NCBI RefSeq assembly: GCF_036321535.1
Contig: NC_087436.1
Location: forward strand, 54,314,001-54,378,000
Length of the DNA stretch: 64,000 nt
DNA from: Camelus dromedarius
Taxonomy: Eukaryota
Direction of reading: 5' to 3'
The notes below the pieces were generated by a model. That model ran no database searches and had not been told where the DNA came from. It saw only the letters and a list, made by a program, of their open reading frames with translations. Positions 1 to 12,310 of the stretch are shown here, piece after piece (the stretch's first letter is position 1; each line of letters starts with the position of its first letter). A program made the translations under genes and the position numbers.

Positions 1-1726
1 TATTATTCATTTACCTGTGAAACCACAACCTCTTAGACTAGAAAGCCAGGAAAGCTGCTGTCATATGCACCTGATATGAATTAAAATGTTTTCCAGGCCA
101 GATGGCATCATCATGTACTTAGATTGGCCAAAGCTTTATTCATTACCTTCGTGGTAGAGGCTAACATTGCAAGTACTACAGGCATAATTTTTTAAAGTGT
201 CAGATAAATAATTTAAATTACAAAATACTGTTTTCTCCTTTTGAGCTTGTGTTGTCCGTATTTTGTGTTAGTTGTTTCCTTAATCAGACCAACTGTGGAT
301 ATCAGGTGACTTATTTCCACATTAATTTAGAAAACCTATTAGGTCTATTCATAAAAAGTTGAAATGTCTCACAATTTGAGAGAGAAAAGTTTTAACAGAT
401 GTCAACTTATATCTGAATTAAGCTTAGCAACATTAATACAGAATTCGTTCAAGTAGTTTTTAAGTCTTACTGCCTTACTTTAGTCTTCTGAGTCCTCTCA
501 ATCAATTCAACATCTGTAAACTTAAAACAGTGCTATTTATAAATTAGAAAATTATGGGAGTTTGGAAGGATTTTGAGACACATTGTATAATACAGATTGA
601 GATATTTGACTTCCATATACTATTATCATTTTTGAATTGTCAAGTAATATAGTCTTTTGTTTATGTGATTAATATACTTTAAAATTGTTTATATTTATAA
701 TTGTGAAAGTATAATTTAATTTTCTATTTTATGTAATACATTAATCTAAAGTTCAAAGTTTTTTTTTATTAAAGGGTCCTTTTATTATTAAGGCATGAAC
801 ATTTGAAAAGAAGTATTTGTAGCTGACTTTAATTATCTAGACTTCAGGGAGTGCCATTATTAAAAAATTCAAATCAAACATAATGGCTATAAATAGAACC
901 TTTTTAGTCATATGGTCGGAAAGTAGTTTAATATTTCCATGCTGGGCCCCCTTTTGCCAAACTTAATGAAAATCAGCATGATGTTGTAGCAGTTAGTATC
1001 TGAATTCTTATCTTCATAAGTACTGAAATAAGAGAGATTCAAATAACAACTAGTAAACCACTATTATCTGTATCACATTCCTCATCTGAATCAGAAACTG
1101 GCATGAGCCTTCAGCAGAAGTTCTTTCTCTTTTGATGGCATCCTTGTTTTCTCTGAGAGTGCATTGGATCAGAATTGCTAACTAACAGTTTAGCAGCTTT
1201 ATTCCCAATTTAGTGAACAGTCAATTCAATGACTACTGTGCATAGTTGCTCTGAAAGAAAAAGTAGAATTCAGTGATCTGACTCGCAGTCTTCTGTGGTG
1301 AATCTATGAAAAAGATATGTTTATATCAACGTTTTAATTCCTTTGTCTCCATGAATACAAGGAAGGCAGAGTAAAATTAAATTTTTTTCGATTTATGTGA
1401 AATATTTACCTTTTAAGCTCATTTTATTATTCTTATTTTGGATTTCTTAAAATATTTAAGGTCAAATAAATTTTTTGGCAAAAATGTTTGACAAGTCTTA
1501 TCCTCCAAGAGAATCATAAGCACTTTATCTTTTGCTAGTATGCTTTTTACTCTTTTAAAAAGTAATTAATGTATTTTTAAAATTTAGTGTTGGCAGATCT
1601 TGTGAATGGTAACACTCTTATTTTTACAGATCCTTTTGCAGTGCTTTCACCCATTAATTACTCTCCATGGTCTTGTCATGGCAATCATGATGAACCTGAT
1701 CTATGTGATGGTGGGAAACATTTCAG

Positions 1727-1740
1727 GTTACCATGGTAAC
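1727..1740. promoter_or_regulatory. RFX X-box (perfect palindrome GTTACCATGGTAAC)
   Basis: Exact fit to GTNRCC-N2-RGYAAC. A near box CTTGTCATGGCAAT lies at 1672-1685 and a half site ATGGTAAC at 1606-1613. Function is not shown. Confidence 0.55.
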
Positions 1741-2119
1741 TCACTGGGAGCACTGTGAAAAGCTCTTAGGTCAAGAGGCTTTAGGAAAAAAGTTAGCTAG
1801 AAACAGACTATTCTTTTGAGACCACAGATTTGGTATTTTCTACTTAGAAATGAATGCCTCACCCAAAAAATGATTACTATTTTATCAGAAATAGACTTAG
1901 GGGAAAACATTTTGAACTTATTAAGTTCAAATTTAAAGTAAATTCAGGATAATTTCAAATCACTAAAAATATAATATTCTTAAATATTATGAAGGCAGAA
2001 GAAGTTATACCACCAATCTAGAAAAATTAAGATTGCCTTTAATAGTTGCTTATTGTTTTAACTTTCTCTCTTAATATATTTCAAATCAATTGATTCTTTA
2101 AAATTCTACCTTCCATTTT

Positions 2120-2691
2120 TTTTGTATATGCATCAAGCATTAGTTGAACTACTTTGAAGAATAAAACACCAAATCTCCTATCCTTTAGCTTTCAGGGTAG
2201 TGGGGTGATTGAAAAATATAGGCAATTTGCAATAAATAATGAGAGATACTAAAATAGGAATAAACATTGGCAAACCACCTAACCCAGCCAGAGGGGTCAA
2301 ATATTAGTGAGGGGGTTCAGGAGTATTTAATCTGGGTCCTGAAAGCTGAGTGAGCTGAATGAAAAGGAGGGTCTTCCATGCAGTGTTTAGCATGTACAAA
2401 GGCTCTTTTACTTTCTATTTTTCAGAGCAAAAATAATTCAGAATATTTAGAACAGGCACTGTGAGGACATTACGGTGAGTGAACAGGCTGGAGGAGTAAA
2501 AGTACTATATTAAACAAGGGGCTTGTATGGCCATGCATAGGGGTTAGAACTTTATTTAAAAGGCAGTGAGGTTTCAGTGGTGGTTTGAAGCAGAGGAATG
2601 ACAAAAATAGATTCAAATTTTAGAATGATTACTCTGGTGTAGAGAATGAGATGGAGTGGGATACACAGAATCAGCATGACCAGTGAGGAAA
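2120..2691. mobile_element. Old L2 LINE fragment, interrupted by MLT1 and L1; appears to resume near 5000
   Basis: L2-like phrases (GGTTTGAAGCAGAGGAATGAC, GACCAGTGAGGA|GGAGG...CAGTAATC). Confidence 0.55.
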
Positions 2692-3201
2692 TGTGTTGAT
2701 TTTCTATAACTGTTATCACAAATTACCATAAATTTAGGAGCTTACAACAACATCCATTTATTATCTCACAGTTTCCGTGAGTCAGAAGTCCAGGTGCAGC
2801 GTAGCTCAGCTATCAGGTTGTTGATGGAATTCAGTTTCTTTCAGGTGTAGGGTGGAGTCCCTATTTCCTTGTGGGCTATTTGCCAGGACAGCCTCTCTTA
2901 CTTGAGACCAGCTGCATTCCTTCTCATGTGACCTACTCCGTCTTTAAATCAGCAGTAGCACTTCAAACCCTTCCCTTGTTTCAAATCTTTTTGACTTCTA
3001 ACATCATGCAGAGCACCATTCTCAGCTTTTAAAAGTTCACATAATAGATTAGCCCACCTGTAATCGAGGATAATCTTCCTATTTTAAGGTCCATAACTTT
3101 AATTAAATCTGCAAAGTTTGTTTTGCTACATAATGCAACATATGCACAGATTCCAGGTATTAGGACATGGATGTCTTTGGGGAACCATTTTGCCTACCAC
3201 A
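2692..3201 (-). mobile_element. MaLR solo LTR (MLT1D/E-like)
   Basis: TG...CA termini. The right end GGACATGGATGTCTTTGGGGAACCATTTTGCCTACCACA is the reverse complement of the MLT1 start. The left part has ACAAATTACCATAAATTTAG...CATTTATTATCTCACAGTTTC. Confidence 0.85.
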
Positions 3202-3214
3202 GGAGGTCACTGCT

Positions 3215-3774
3215 CACATTCTCTCTCGGTCTTCCTAGTTACTTTGCCTGGTGTTCTGAGGTTCTTTGATCATTGTCTTTTGAAGATCCTTTGACATTAT
3301 CTCTTCAATATTTCTTCTGTCCCTTCTCCTCTCTCCTCCTCCTAAGATTTCAATTATATATGTATTAGTTAGACCATTTGATTTTTGTCGTACAGCTCTT
3401 GGATTCTGTTTTTTTCCAACCTTTTTTTTTGTTGTTGTTGTAATTCACTTGGAATAATTTCTATTGGCCTACTTTCAGTGGATTAATTCTTTTCCTTTGC
3501 TGTGTCTAATCTATTGGTGAATTAATAGAAAGCAGCCTTTATCTCTGTTTCTGTGTTTTTCATTTTGACAATTCTGTTTGATTCTTTTTTAAAATAATTT
3601 TTATTTCCCTGCTGGAATTCCCCATCAATCTGTGCATGTTATTCTGTTATCCACTTTTCCACTAAGCCTTTATCATTAAACATGGTCATTGTAAAGTCCC
3701 TGTCTGAAAGTTCCAACATCTGGATCTGGATCATATCTGTGTCTGGTTCTGTTGATTGGTTTCTCTCTTGACAG

Positions 3775-3813
<39 letters not shown>

Positions 3814-4920
3814 CGTGCGCATGTGGTATGTATGTGTTTTGACAGTGTTTTTTTTTTTCATTTGTGTTTCATTAATTTTGGTTAAAACCTGGACATGATA
3901 TAGGGGAGAGAATAAAGTAAATAAAAAGTTTGTCTAGATTGGCATACCTTTTCTTCTGATAAGCCTCAGTGCAGAGGGTTGTGCTAGTCTTAGCAGGAAT
4001 TGAGTTGGTTTGGGGTTTTGTGTTGCTACTATTTAGTGCATTGCTAGCTTCATGTCCATTTTTACCTTATGTTTAGGGCAAATATTGGCTTCCAGAATCA
4101 TCTTCTTCAGTATTTCTTTTCTACCCTCATTTTAGGCTATGCCTCATGTTGCCTGTTACTGAGGTCTTCCTAGTGTTGTTGGGAGGCATGGGATGGATGT
4201 TCTACATTGTCCTGGATCAGCCTCAGTTTTAGACAGACCCATGTCCCAGGGTGTCTGAGTGGATTTTTCACAGTCATTTTGAATTTCTGCAGCAATTCTG
4301 TGGCTTTCTGTCCTCACCTGTCTCAGAGGAGAGGATTTTTTCCCTGTTCTGTTTCTCCAGCCATAATAGTTCTTCACCCATGCCTTAGAGGCAGCACTTA
4401 CCGCCCTTCTTCTTGGAGCTGAAGGCTTTTGTCCCATAGGGAAGAATGATTTGGGTAGAGCTTTGGCCTGTTCTACAGTGACAATGACTTTCCTTCTCCA
4501 GGTCTGTACCATGAGGAGGCTTTTTTAGTTTCCCTCCCCGACCCCAGTATTTCTTGTGAGCACACGACCCAAAGTATAGAGCCCACAAGTGGGTGCTAAC
4601 TCCTCTTGTGTCTGTGGTCTCTGTTATTCTGTAGTCTCACGCCAAGCCCGAACTTAGCCTTAAGCAGTTTATTAAAATTTTTTCATACCAGCTTGTATAG
4701 TGTTTCCCATCTTCCTTCCATGCTTCATACCAGATAAATCAATGCTATAACATGTCTTTTCTTGGGGACACTTGTCTTTAAATTTTAGGCTAACTTATTA
4801 TACCCAGTGACTTCATCTCTCGAATAGGTATGAGAAAGTTTCAATCATATAAATTGGCTTTTTCTTATTGTTAGAGTGTAAATGACACTGATTCCAGCTT
4901 TCTACATCCTAAGTAGATGC
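3215..4920 (-). mobile_element. Old L1M ORF1/5'UTR fragment, antisense
   Basis: T-rich antisense ORF1-like sequence followed by a more GC-rich 5'UTR-like segment; highly diverged. Confidence 0.55.
3775..3835. repeat. (TG)n(CG)n microsatellite
   Basis: Alternating purine-pyrimidine run seen directly. Confidence 0.95.
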
Positions 4921-5419
4921 TGAAAGGAAGTTTTTACATCAAAAACATTCCGTCTGACTAAAAGAGAATACATTCAGTGATTATGTTGGAGTACTCTTAG
5001 GATACTATTTCAGTAATCTTTGTGTTAAGTATTGATGGCTGAAACCAGAGTAATGGGAGAAGTATAAAAGTTAGAAGTTTTCAGGATGTACAATTATGAG
5101 GTGTACTTAAGAAGGAAGTATTTTAGTCTGAATCTTCTCTGATAAAGTCACTCTTTTAAACCATGCAATTTATTTCTGAATGTCATTTTTTCATACTAAA
5201 TGAGCCAGAATATTATTTTCCTTATATCATTTTTCAAAGACTCTCTTAAGTCACTTTATATATGACTATATGAATTTTTCAAACCCTGGGGGCATTTTCT
5301 TGCTGGTCCATTTATGAGTTTGGTTACCTATTTCAAGAATATTATCCAGAATTATTTCTATATGCATTCACAACGTCCTTTCAATGAGGATTTGAGGGAA
5401 GAATGACTACTTTAATAGC

Positions 5420-5520
5420 ACATTAGAGATGGAAAGGACTTAGGAAACTTTTAAAGTAACATTTTTACCTTTAAGAAATGAGAAAATTAAGGGGACAGAA
5501 GGTTAAGTGAGTTACAGAAA
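5420..5520. mobile_element. MIR fragment
   Basis: ATGAGAAAATTAAGGGGACAGAAGGTTAAGTGA core-like motif. Confidence 0.55.
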
Positions 5521-6188
5521 ATACTGCAATGAAATTCTTGGAAAAAAGGAGAGGGTTGTCTTAGATGATGTCCGTCAGAGGAAAAGCTTTGTGTTTTCCT
5601 TTTAATTTTTAAGACTAAAGACCTGTTCTCAGACTTGATCTACCTACTTTGCTTTCCTTTCTGGTTTTTAGGAGACCCAAAGCACAGATTTTTTAAAACT
5701 TATTTAACCCTTCCCTTATTTCCTGGGCCTTCTCTGTGGCTGAGTCCAGGTGCACTCTTCAGTTTTGCTTTTCTTTTTTTCTTCAGAATTGGTAAATAGA
5801 CTATTTCCTTTTAAGGATAATCCTTATAGGATAACAGATTGAAGACAGCAGCAATAATAAAGGACATTTTAAGCAATCAGTTATTAAAAATTATGTTAAC
5901 AAATGGCTGGCATCCTTCTGAATTGGTAATGGAAGTCTTAGTGGGCTTATTACATGTTTCTTCTCACGTGTATAGTGTATTCATCCCTGCGCCTCAGTTT
6001 AAGCTTATTCCCTTTTCCTGGAAGACTTCTCTTCCTAGTGTGCAAAAAAAGGCCAAAACATCCACTAAAGAACAAAATTGTACTTAAACTCAAGTGGGTA
6101 ATTTGCATTTCTTACGGACTCCATATACAGTGATGTCAACGCCTTACCTAACTCATATGTGATCAATTCTTAAGGAACATAACTTCTT

Positions 6189-6279
6189 TTCTTTAAATAT
6201 TGAAGTATAGTCAGTTTACAATGTTGTGTCAATTTCTGGTGTACAGCATAATAGTTCAATCATACATATACATACCAAT
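6189..6279 (-). mobile_element. Very short 5'-truncated young L1 3' end with 16-bp TSD
   Basis: ATTGAAGTATAGTCAGTTTACAATGTTGTGTCAATTTCTGGTGTACAGC. TSD AGGAACATAACTTCTT (6173-6188) / AGGGACATAATTTCTT (6280-6295). TTCTT/AA endonuclease-type site. Confidence 0.85.
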
Positions 6280-8252
6280 AGGGACATAATTTCTTAACCA
6301 CCAAGGTTATTTTTTCCAGAGGAGTATGTGACTCTGGGGCTTCCCTAGTGCTCCAGTTACATTGTAATAGACCCTGAATAAGAAATTTGGAGTCCTGATT
6401 CTCTTCTCAAGGCTTTATTTTTTTATACTATGCTGCTTCCAAGTGAAATGGACCTTCTTATTTTTGCTAGTTCATGACAGTGATCGTTTATCTGTGCTAT
6501 TTCTTATTTGGGCATACTTTGTCTGTCTTTACTAGTTGCTTTTTTGCTGTCTCTGCTTTTTCACTTCTTCTCTTTTTCACTGTATCCGCAGAAATAGAAG
6601 CTCTCATGAATCTGATGCCATTAATATAAAATGCAGTTTATTCAAATGCTGCTGTGTCCCAGTCTAAACTTCTTTTTTGTCTCTTTTTCCCCATACTAAG
6701 AGAATATGAGTCCCTTTGAAGAAAGAAAATACAATCCTAATTTTTATCTATAGAAAATGCAAACTTTTATGAAATATTAAGTAATGATAATAGTTAAATG
6801 GAAAAATGAGATTTTATGCATTCTACTAATAGTTTTATCATCCCTTAAAAAACTTACAAGACTTTTTTAAAGACATTTTTTAAAACTTCCATATAGTAAG
6901 ATATCCTTAACTTTTAAATGTATGTAATGATTAGTATGGAAAAGATGTTCAAAGGAAAGGAAAGCAGTTCTCTACACAGTAGAAAACAAAGGAAGCAGCA
7001 TGTAATTTAGTGATAAGTATCTCTGAGGACTTTCTAATTACCTTCTAATATGGCGTTTATATTTAGAAAATTAATTTACTCATTTTTATGGTCCCACATC
7101 CAATTCTAGAAATACGTTTTTAAGACATCATTCTTAATGTTATAAAAGAATTAACAGAATAGGTTTTTAAAATCTGAATTTGCACATTTGAGCATTTCAC
7201 TAGGGTTTAAGACCTTTCCTAGACTTTTGATTTGCTGTATACAAAGAAAGGAAATCACATATTAAACATTTGCCTAGTTTCCTAATGTGCATTGTAAATA
7301 CATGATTACATCTGTTTCTTCATATGAGTCTCATAGTGCACACTTAGGGGGCTTTTCTTCTACTGGTATTCAATTGATTTAATTAGACAAGTCCCACTAA
7401 TGTGCTAATTGGAAAACAGACTTTTAGCATTCGCCTGAGATTAAATTGCATTCATGGAATCATAATTATTTTGATGGCTTGCCACAGTGAAATAGATGAA
7501 CTGTGTATCAGCTAAATTTTTAATGAGGTTAACTTTTTACTTTCATTCTTATATAATGTCTTTCTTTATCCTGTACATAATGTTGTTTCTCAAAGTGCCG
7601 TTGTTTATTTTTTACAGTTGTCACTGTCTTTCTAATATGCTACAACTCAAATATTTTAATAAAATTTTACTGTATACTTACAAGACTGTGAAATGAAAGA
7701 AAGACAAAACAATATTGATCTGAAGACTTGATGCTGGGAAATGGCAGTAAGACAAATTATAAATTAGAGGCCAATTGTGGCGTAAAATATTTTACCTTAT
7801 AAGTTCTTAATATTTTACACATGCTGTAATTTCTGTCCCCTTTTCTCGTGTATTAGCTTATCTAAGTTCATGATTCTAATTCTAATTAAACACTGTTATG
7901 ACCTTGCTATGTTCCAATCACTGTGATAGTATTGGGGAATATAAAGATAAATATGATCTTTCCTCTAGAAGAACTTCATCCAAAAGTAGAATTAATGCCT
8001 TTAAAAGGAATTCTGAGGACCATAATTTGTGTTTTTTATATTATCTGGGGCATTTCCTTTTTCCATTTATATGTATATTCTACCTGTAATTAATATTATG
8101 ATGGAATCTTAATTTTTTTCTTAAAAGTCATTAGGTTCTGATCTTTTTTTTTTTTGTAGCTTAGTTTTTTAGAGGTCTTTGGCCTTGAAAGAAAAATATA
8201 TACCAAGATCAATGTAGTTGTAATATAAATAGGTTTGTAAAGAGATAATCAT

Positions 8253-8851
8253 GTAAAGCCACTATGGAAAGCAGTTCGGCGGTTCCTTCAAATGTCCTAA
8301 AGTTTAAAATTCACTCACCATTGACCCGGACGTTCTACTCCTAGGTATTTATTCAAGAGAAATGGGAAGCATGTATGTAAATATTTATTAGAGTGTTATT
8401 AACCAAAACCATTATTCTTAACCCCAAACTGGAAACAACCCAAATGTTCATCAGCCTAATGAATAATCAGCAGACTAGGGTATGTATACAATGCAATACT
8501 ACTCAGAAATTCAAACAAATGAAGTACAGATACGCACAAGAATGTAGTGAATCTTAAAATCATGAGGAGTGAAGGAAGATAGAGACAAAACAATACATAA
8601 TACATGATTCCATTTATAGAAGATTCTAGAAATGTATGGTCACAGATAGCAGATCAGTGTTTACATGTGAATGTGGGTAGAAAGTGGGATGGCTTACAAA
8701 GGAACGGAAGAAAACTTTTGGGCATGAAAAAATGTTTATTATCATGATTGTTGTGATTATTTCATGTGACTGACATGTCAAAACTTAGTAAATTGTACAC
8801 TTTATGTGAAGTTTATTGTATGTCAAGTATACATTAGCAAAATTGCAAAAA
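8253..8851 (+). mobile_element. Old L1M (MC/MD/ME-type) 3' end
   Basis: CCACTATGGAAAGCAGTT...CTCCTAGGTATTTATTCAAGAGAAATG...AAACTGGAAACAACCCAAATGTTC...ATGATTCCATTTATA. Confidence 0.85.
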
Positions 8852-9321
8852 ATTACTTAGGGAGATAAGATGGACTGGTATAAGTTATAAAAATAAAGAG
8901 AAAACCACATTAATGACAAACAAAAATAAGTCATTAAGATGATCATTGCATGAATTGGTAACCCCAGGGACTAATGGGTTTCATAGTGTTTCCAGTGGAG
9001 TTTTAAATAACTAATTTTCATTTCACATGTTCACAGTTTTAAAGTGACCCCTTTATTTTGATTGATGGGATAACAGAGTTTACTTTTCATATTTGCTTTT
9101 ATTGTGTTTATGATATAAATTTCTTCATTGCAAAAGAAGTTGACTATTTAAGCTTTTATTATCTGCATTTCTGGTTATCCATTATTTTACTTCAATTATA
9201 TGTTCAGAGAAAAATAATTTAGGAAACATACTTTTACTTTCTTTTTTTTAACTGTTTTCTTGGCATGCTCCAGTAATAGAAATTTTCAGAGGCACTTGGA
9301 ACTTAGTAGAGCCCAAGGTTA

Positions 9322-9394
9322 TTTTTTTTTAATTGAAGTATAGTCAGTTACACTGTCAGTTTCTGGTGTACAGCATAATGTTCCAGTCATGTGC

Positions 9395-9465
<71 letters not shown>

Positions 9466-10527
9466 TATTTGTTTTCATATCCATTTCATTAAAGGTTATT
9501 ACAAGATATTGAATATAGTTCCCTGTGCTATACGGAAGAAATTTTTAATCTGTTTTTACATATTATGGTTAACATTTGTGAATCCCAAACTCCCAAATTT
9601 ATCCTTTCCTATCCCCTTCCCCCATAACCATAAGATTGTTTACTATGTCTGTGAGTCTGTTTCTGTTTTGTAGGTAGGTTCATTAGTGTCCTCTTTCTTC
9701 TTTTTTTTTATTTTAAGATTCCACATATAAGTGATATCATGTGGTATCTTTTTTTCTCTTTCTGGCTTACTTCACTTAGAATGATGATCTTCAGATCATC
9801 CATGTTGCTGCAAATGGCATTATTTTATTTTTATGACTGAGTAGTATTCCATTGTATAAATATACCACTTCTTTATCCAGTCATCTGTTGATGGGCATTT
9901 AGGTTGCTTCCATGTCTTGGCTATTGTATATAGTGCTGCTATGAACATTGGAGTGCATGTATCTTTGAATTAGAGTTCCTTTCATGTATATACCCAGGAG
10001 TGGGATTGCTGAATCATATAAGTCTATTTTTAGTTTTTTGAGGAATCTCCATACTGTCCTCCATAAGAGCTGCACCGAACTGCATTCCCACCAGTAGTGT
10101 AGGAGGATTCCCTTTTCTCTGCACCCTTTCCAGCATTTATTGTTTGTGAACTTTTTAATGATGGCCGTTCTGACTGGTGTAAGGTGATACCTCATTGTAG
10201 TTTTGATTTGTGTTTCTCTGATAGTGATATTGAGCATTTTTTCATGTGCCTATCGGCCATTTGTATTTCTTCCTTGGAGAATTGCTTGTTTAGATCTTTT
10301 GACCATCTTTGGATTAGATTTTTTTTTTTTGTTATTAAGTTGTAAGAGCTATTTATATATCCCCGAAATTAAACCTTTGTCAGTTGCATCATTTGCACGT
10401 TTTCTCCCACTTCGTAGGTTGTCGTTTTATTTTATTTATGGTTTCCTTTGCTGTGCAAAAGCTTGTAAGTTTAATTAGGTCCCATTTGTTTATTTTGCTT
10501 TCATTTCTATTGCCTGGGTAGACTGCC
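9322..10527 (-). mobile_element. Young lineage-specific L1, 5'-truncated (ORF2 C-terminus + 3'UTR)
   Basis: Poly-T at 9322. ORF 9899-10237 translates as the L1 ORF2 C-terminus ([14 protein letters not shown]...WRFLKKLKI). Confidence 0.95.
9395..9468. repeat. Compound (TA)n(TG)n(TA)n(CA)n microsatellite in the L1 3'UTR
   Basis: Seen directly. Confidence 0.95.
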
Positions 10528-11115
10528 GATCCTTCAGCAGGTTGTCATCTTTTTTCTGGTGGAGGGTCTTGCCTCAGTGTTGATGGCTGCTGATTGATCA
10601 AGGTGGTTATTGCTGAAGGTTGGGGTGCAGTAGCAATTTCTTAAAATAAGACAACAGTGAAGTTTGCTGGTGGTTTAGTATATCTCAGAATACATTAAAA
10701 TGCTTCCTTTTACATGAAAACTTAAGAGTCATTGTAGAGTTATTAATTGATCTGAATTCAATATTGTATCTCAGGGAATAAGGAGACCCAAGGAAAGGGA
10801 GAGAGATGTAGGAACAGCTGGTCGTCACAACACTTATCAGTCAAGTTCACTGTCCCATTTTGGTGCAATTCATGGTGCCCCAAAACGATTACACTAAACA
10901 TCACTGATCACAAATCACTGTAAGAAATATAATGATAATGAAAAACTTTGAAATATTGTGAGAATTACAAAATATGACACAGATATGAAATGAGCAAATT
11001 CTGTTGTTAAAATGGCTTCGATGGACTTACTTAAAGCAGGGTGATACAAACCTTTAATTTGTAAAGAATACAGTATCTGTGAAGCATAATAAAACAAAAT
11101 GAAATAAAATGCCTG
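10528..11115 (-). mobile_element. Tigger1 (TcMar-pogo) remnant, internally deleted and lacking its 3' terminus
   Basis: Terminus ATGCCTG+TA at 11109-11117. 10703-11115 is the reverse complement of the 5' part of the copy at 34699. 10528-10667 resembles Tigger1 3' sequence. Confidence 0.9.
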
Positions 11116-11119
11116 TAGT

Positions 11120-11785
11120 CTCTACTCTTATAATATTTAGTTATAGTTAGTATATATTATGTTTACTGTGTTTTCTCAACATTGCTTTTTCTTTTGGTCT
11201 ATCATAATGTCAATTTATTTATTTAGGGATATTTGTATTTTTGTTGCAGTTGTTACTTTTGTACTTAGACCTTTTGAAAATTCTATTAGTCCCATTTTCT
11301 TATTTATCTTTTTACTATCTGGTTTGCTGTTTTTTAATGGTATTCTTTGACTATCATCTGTGACCTGCATAGCAGTCAATGGGCTTTTTTATTTTCTTTT
11401 ATCCCTCTTCCTACTCTTGCCATTACTCAATTGCATTATTTCTACTTTGTTTTAGTCTTGTATCTACTATTGCATATGCTAGTGGTGTTTGTAAATAATT
11501 TTGCTAAAGTCTTACCTGTCATATCTTGGTTGGGTGAGACCCATCTTTGTGTAGATTTTTCATAATTACAGTATTACCTGAGTTCTTGAGTGTTTGGGGT
11601 TGTTTTCCTATAGTCTTGATACTTTAAGGGCAGCTTGGCTGGATATATTATTCTAGGTTGATACATATTTTTACTGTTTATTAAAAGTAATAGTTATTAC
11701 TTGGCTTGTTATGTTATTCTTGAGAGGTCTGTACCCCATTGAATTTGATTGCCTTTGTATTTTGGTCTTTGCTTGGAGGTCCTGA

Positions 11786-11816
<31 letters not shown>

Positions 11817-11980
11817 GGTATTTAAAGTCCAGTAGACTTACTGGCATATTTCCAGAACTGAACAGTTCAGTTTCAGTTTTGCTATGTATAAATTGGTCTC
11901 TTTAAATATATATATAAATTTAAATAGATTCTTTAACTTCCACATTATTTTCCTCATTACTACTTTACATACTAGTTTGC
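11120..11980 (-). mobile_element. Old L1M/HAL1-like antisense fragment
   Basis: CAGCTTGGCTGGATATATTATTCTAGGTTGA-type motif; diverged. Confidence 0.45.
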
Positions 11981-11982
11981 TC

Positions 11983-12310
11983 TGTTAAAATTACATGTAA
12001 AATGGAGACCTGACTTGAGAATTTTCTGAGCAGATAAAACCATTTAAGCCACATAAGCAAAATTAAATCTACCATATTTCATGAATATAAGTGAAACCTA
12101 ACTTAGGCCGTTTCTTGTAAATCCTCTAACAATCATTAAAAAAAACTTGTCATATTCCTAAAAATAGTTTGAGATAATCACTTTTAACCAATCCTGACAT
12201 TCAGAAACCCTCATTGTAATAACCAATCACTGTAAAGGTTAACAGCTTCCTTATTTTCACTTTATAAGCCTTTGTATAATATCTCTGCCTCTGATTTAAA
12301 ACCACTTTTT
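11983..12310 (+). mobile_element. Partial ERV1 LTR (MER57-like)
   Basis: TGTTAAAATT...AAAATGGAGACC start, two AACCAATC boxes and a TTTATAAG TATA-like motif. Confidence 0.55.

Noticed and set aside
1630..1735. Possible extra exon (TTTTTACAG acceptor, ATG|GTAACT donor)
   Set aside because: No STPG2-like peptide or PG repeat; better explained as a motif cluster
4156..4588. Overlapping 67-118 aa ORFs in a GC-richer patch
   Set aside because: Lie in an old L1 5'UTR-like fragment; no recognisable protein
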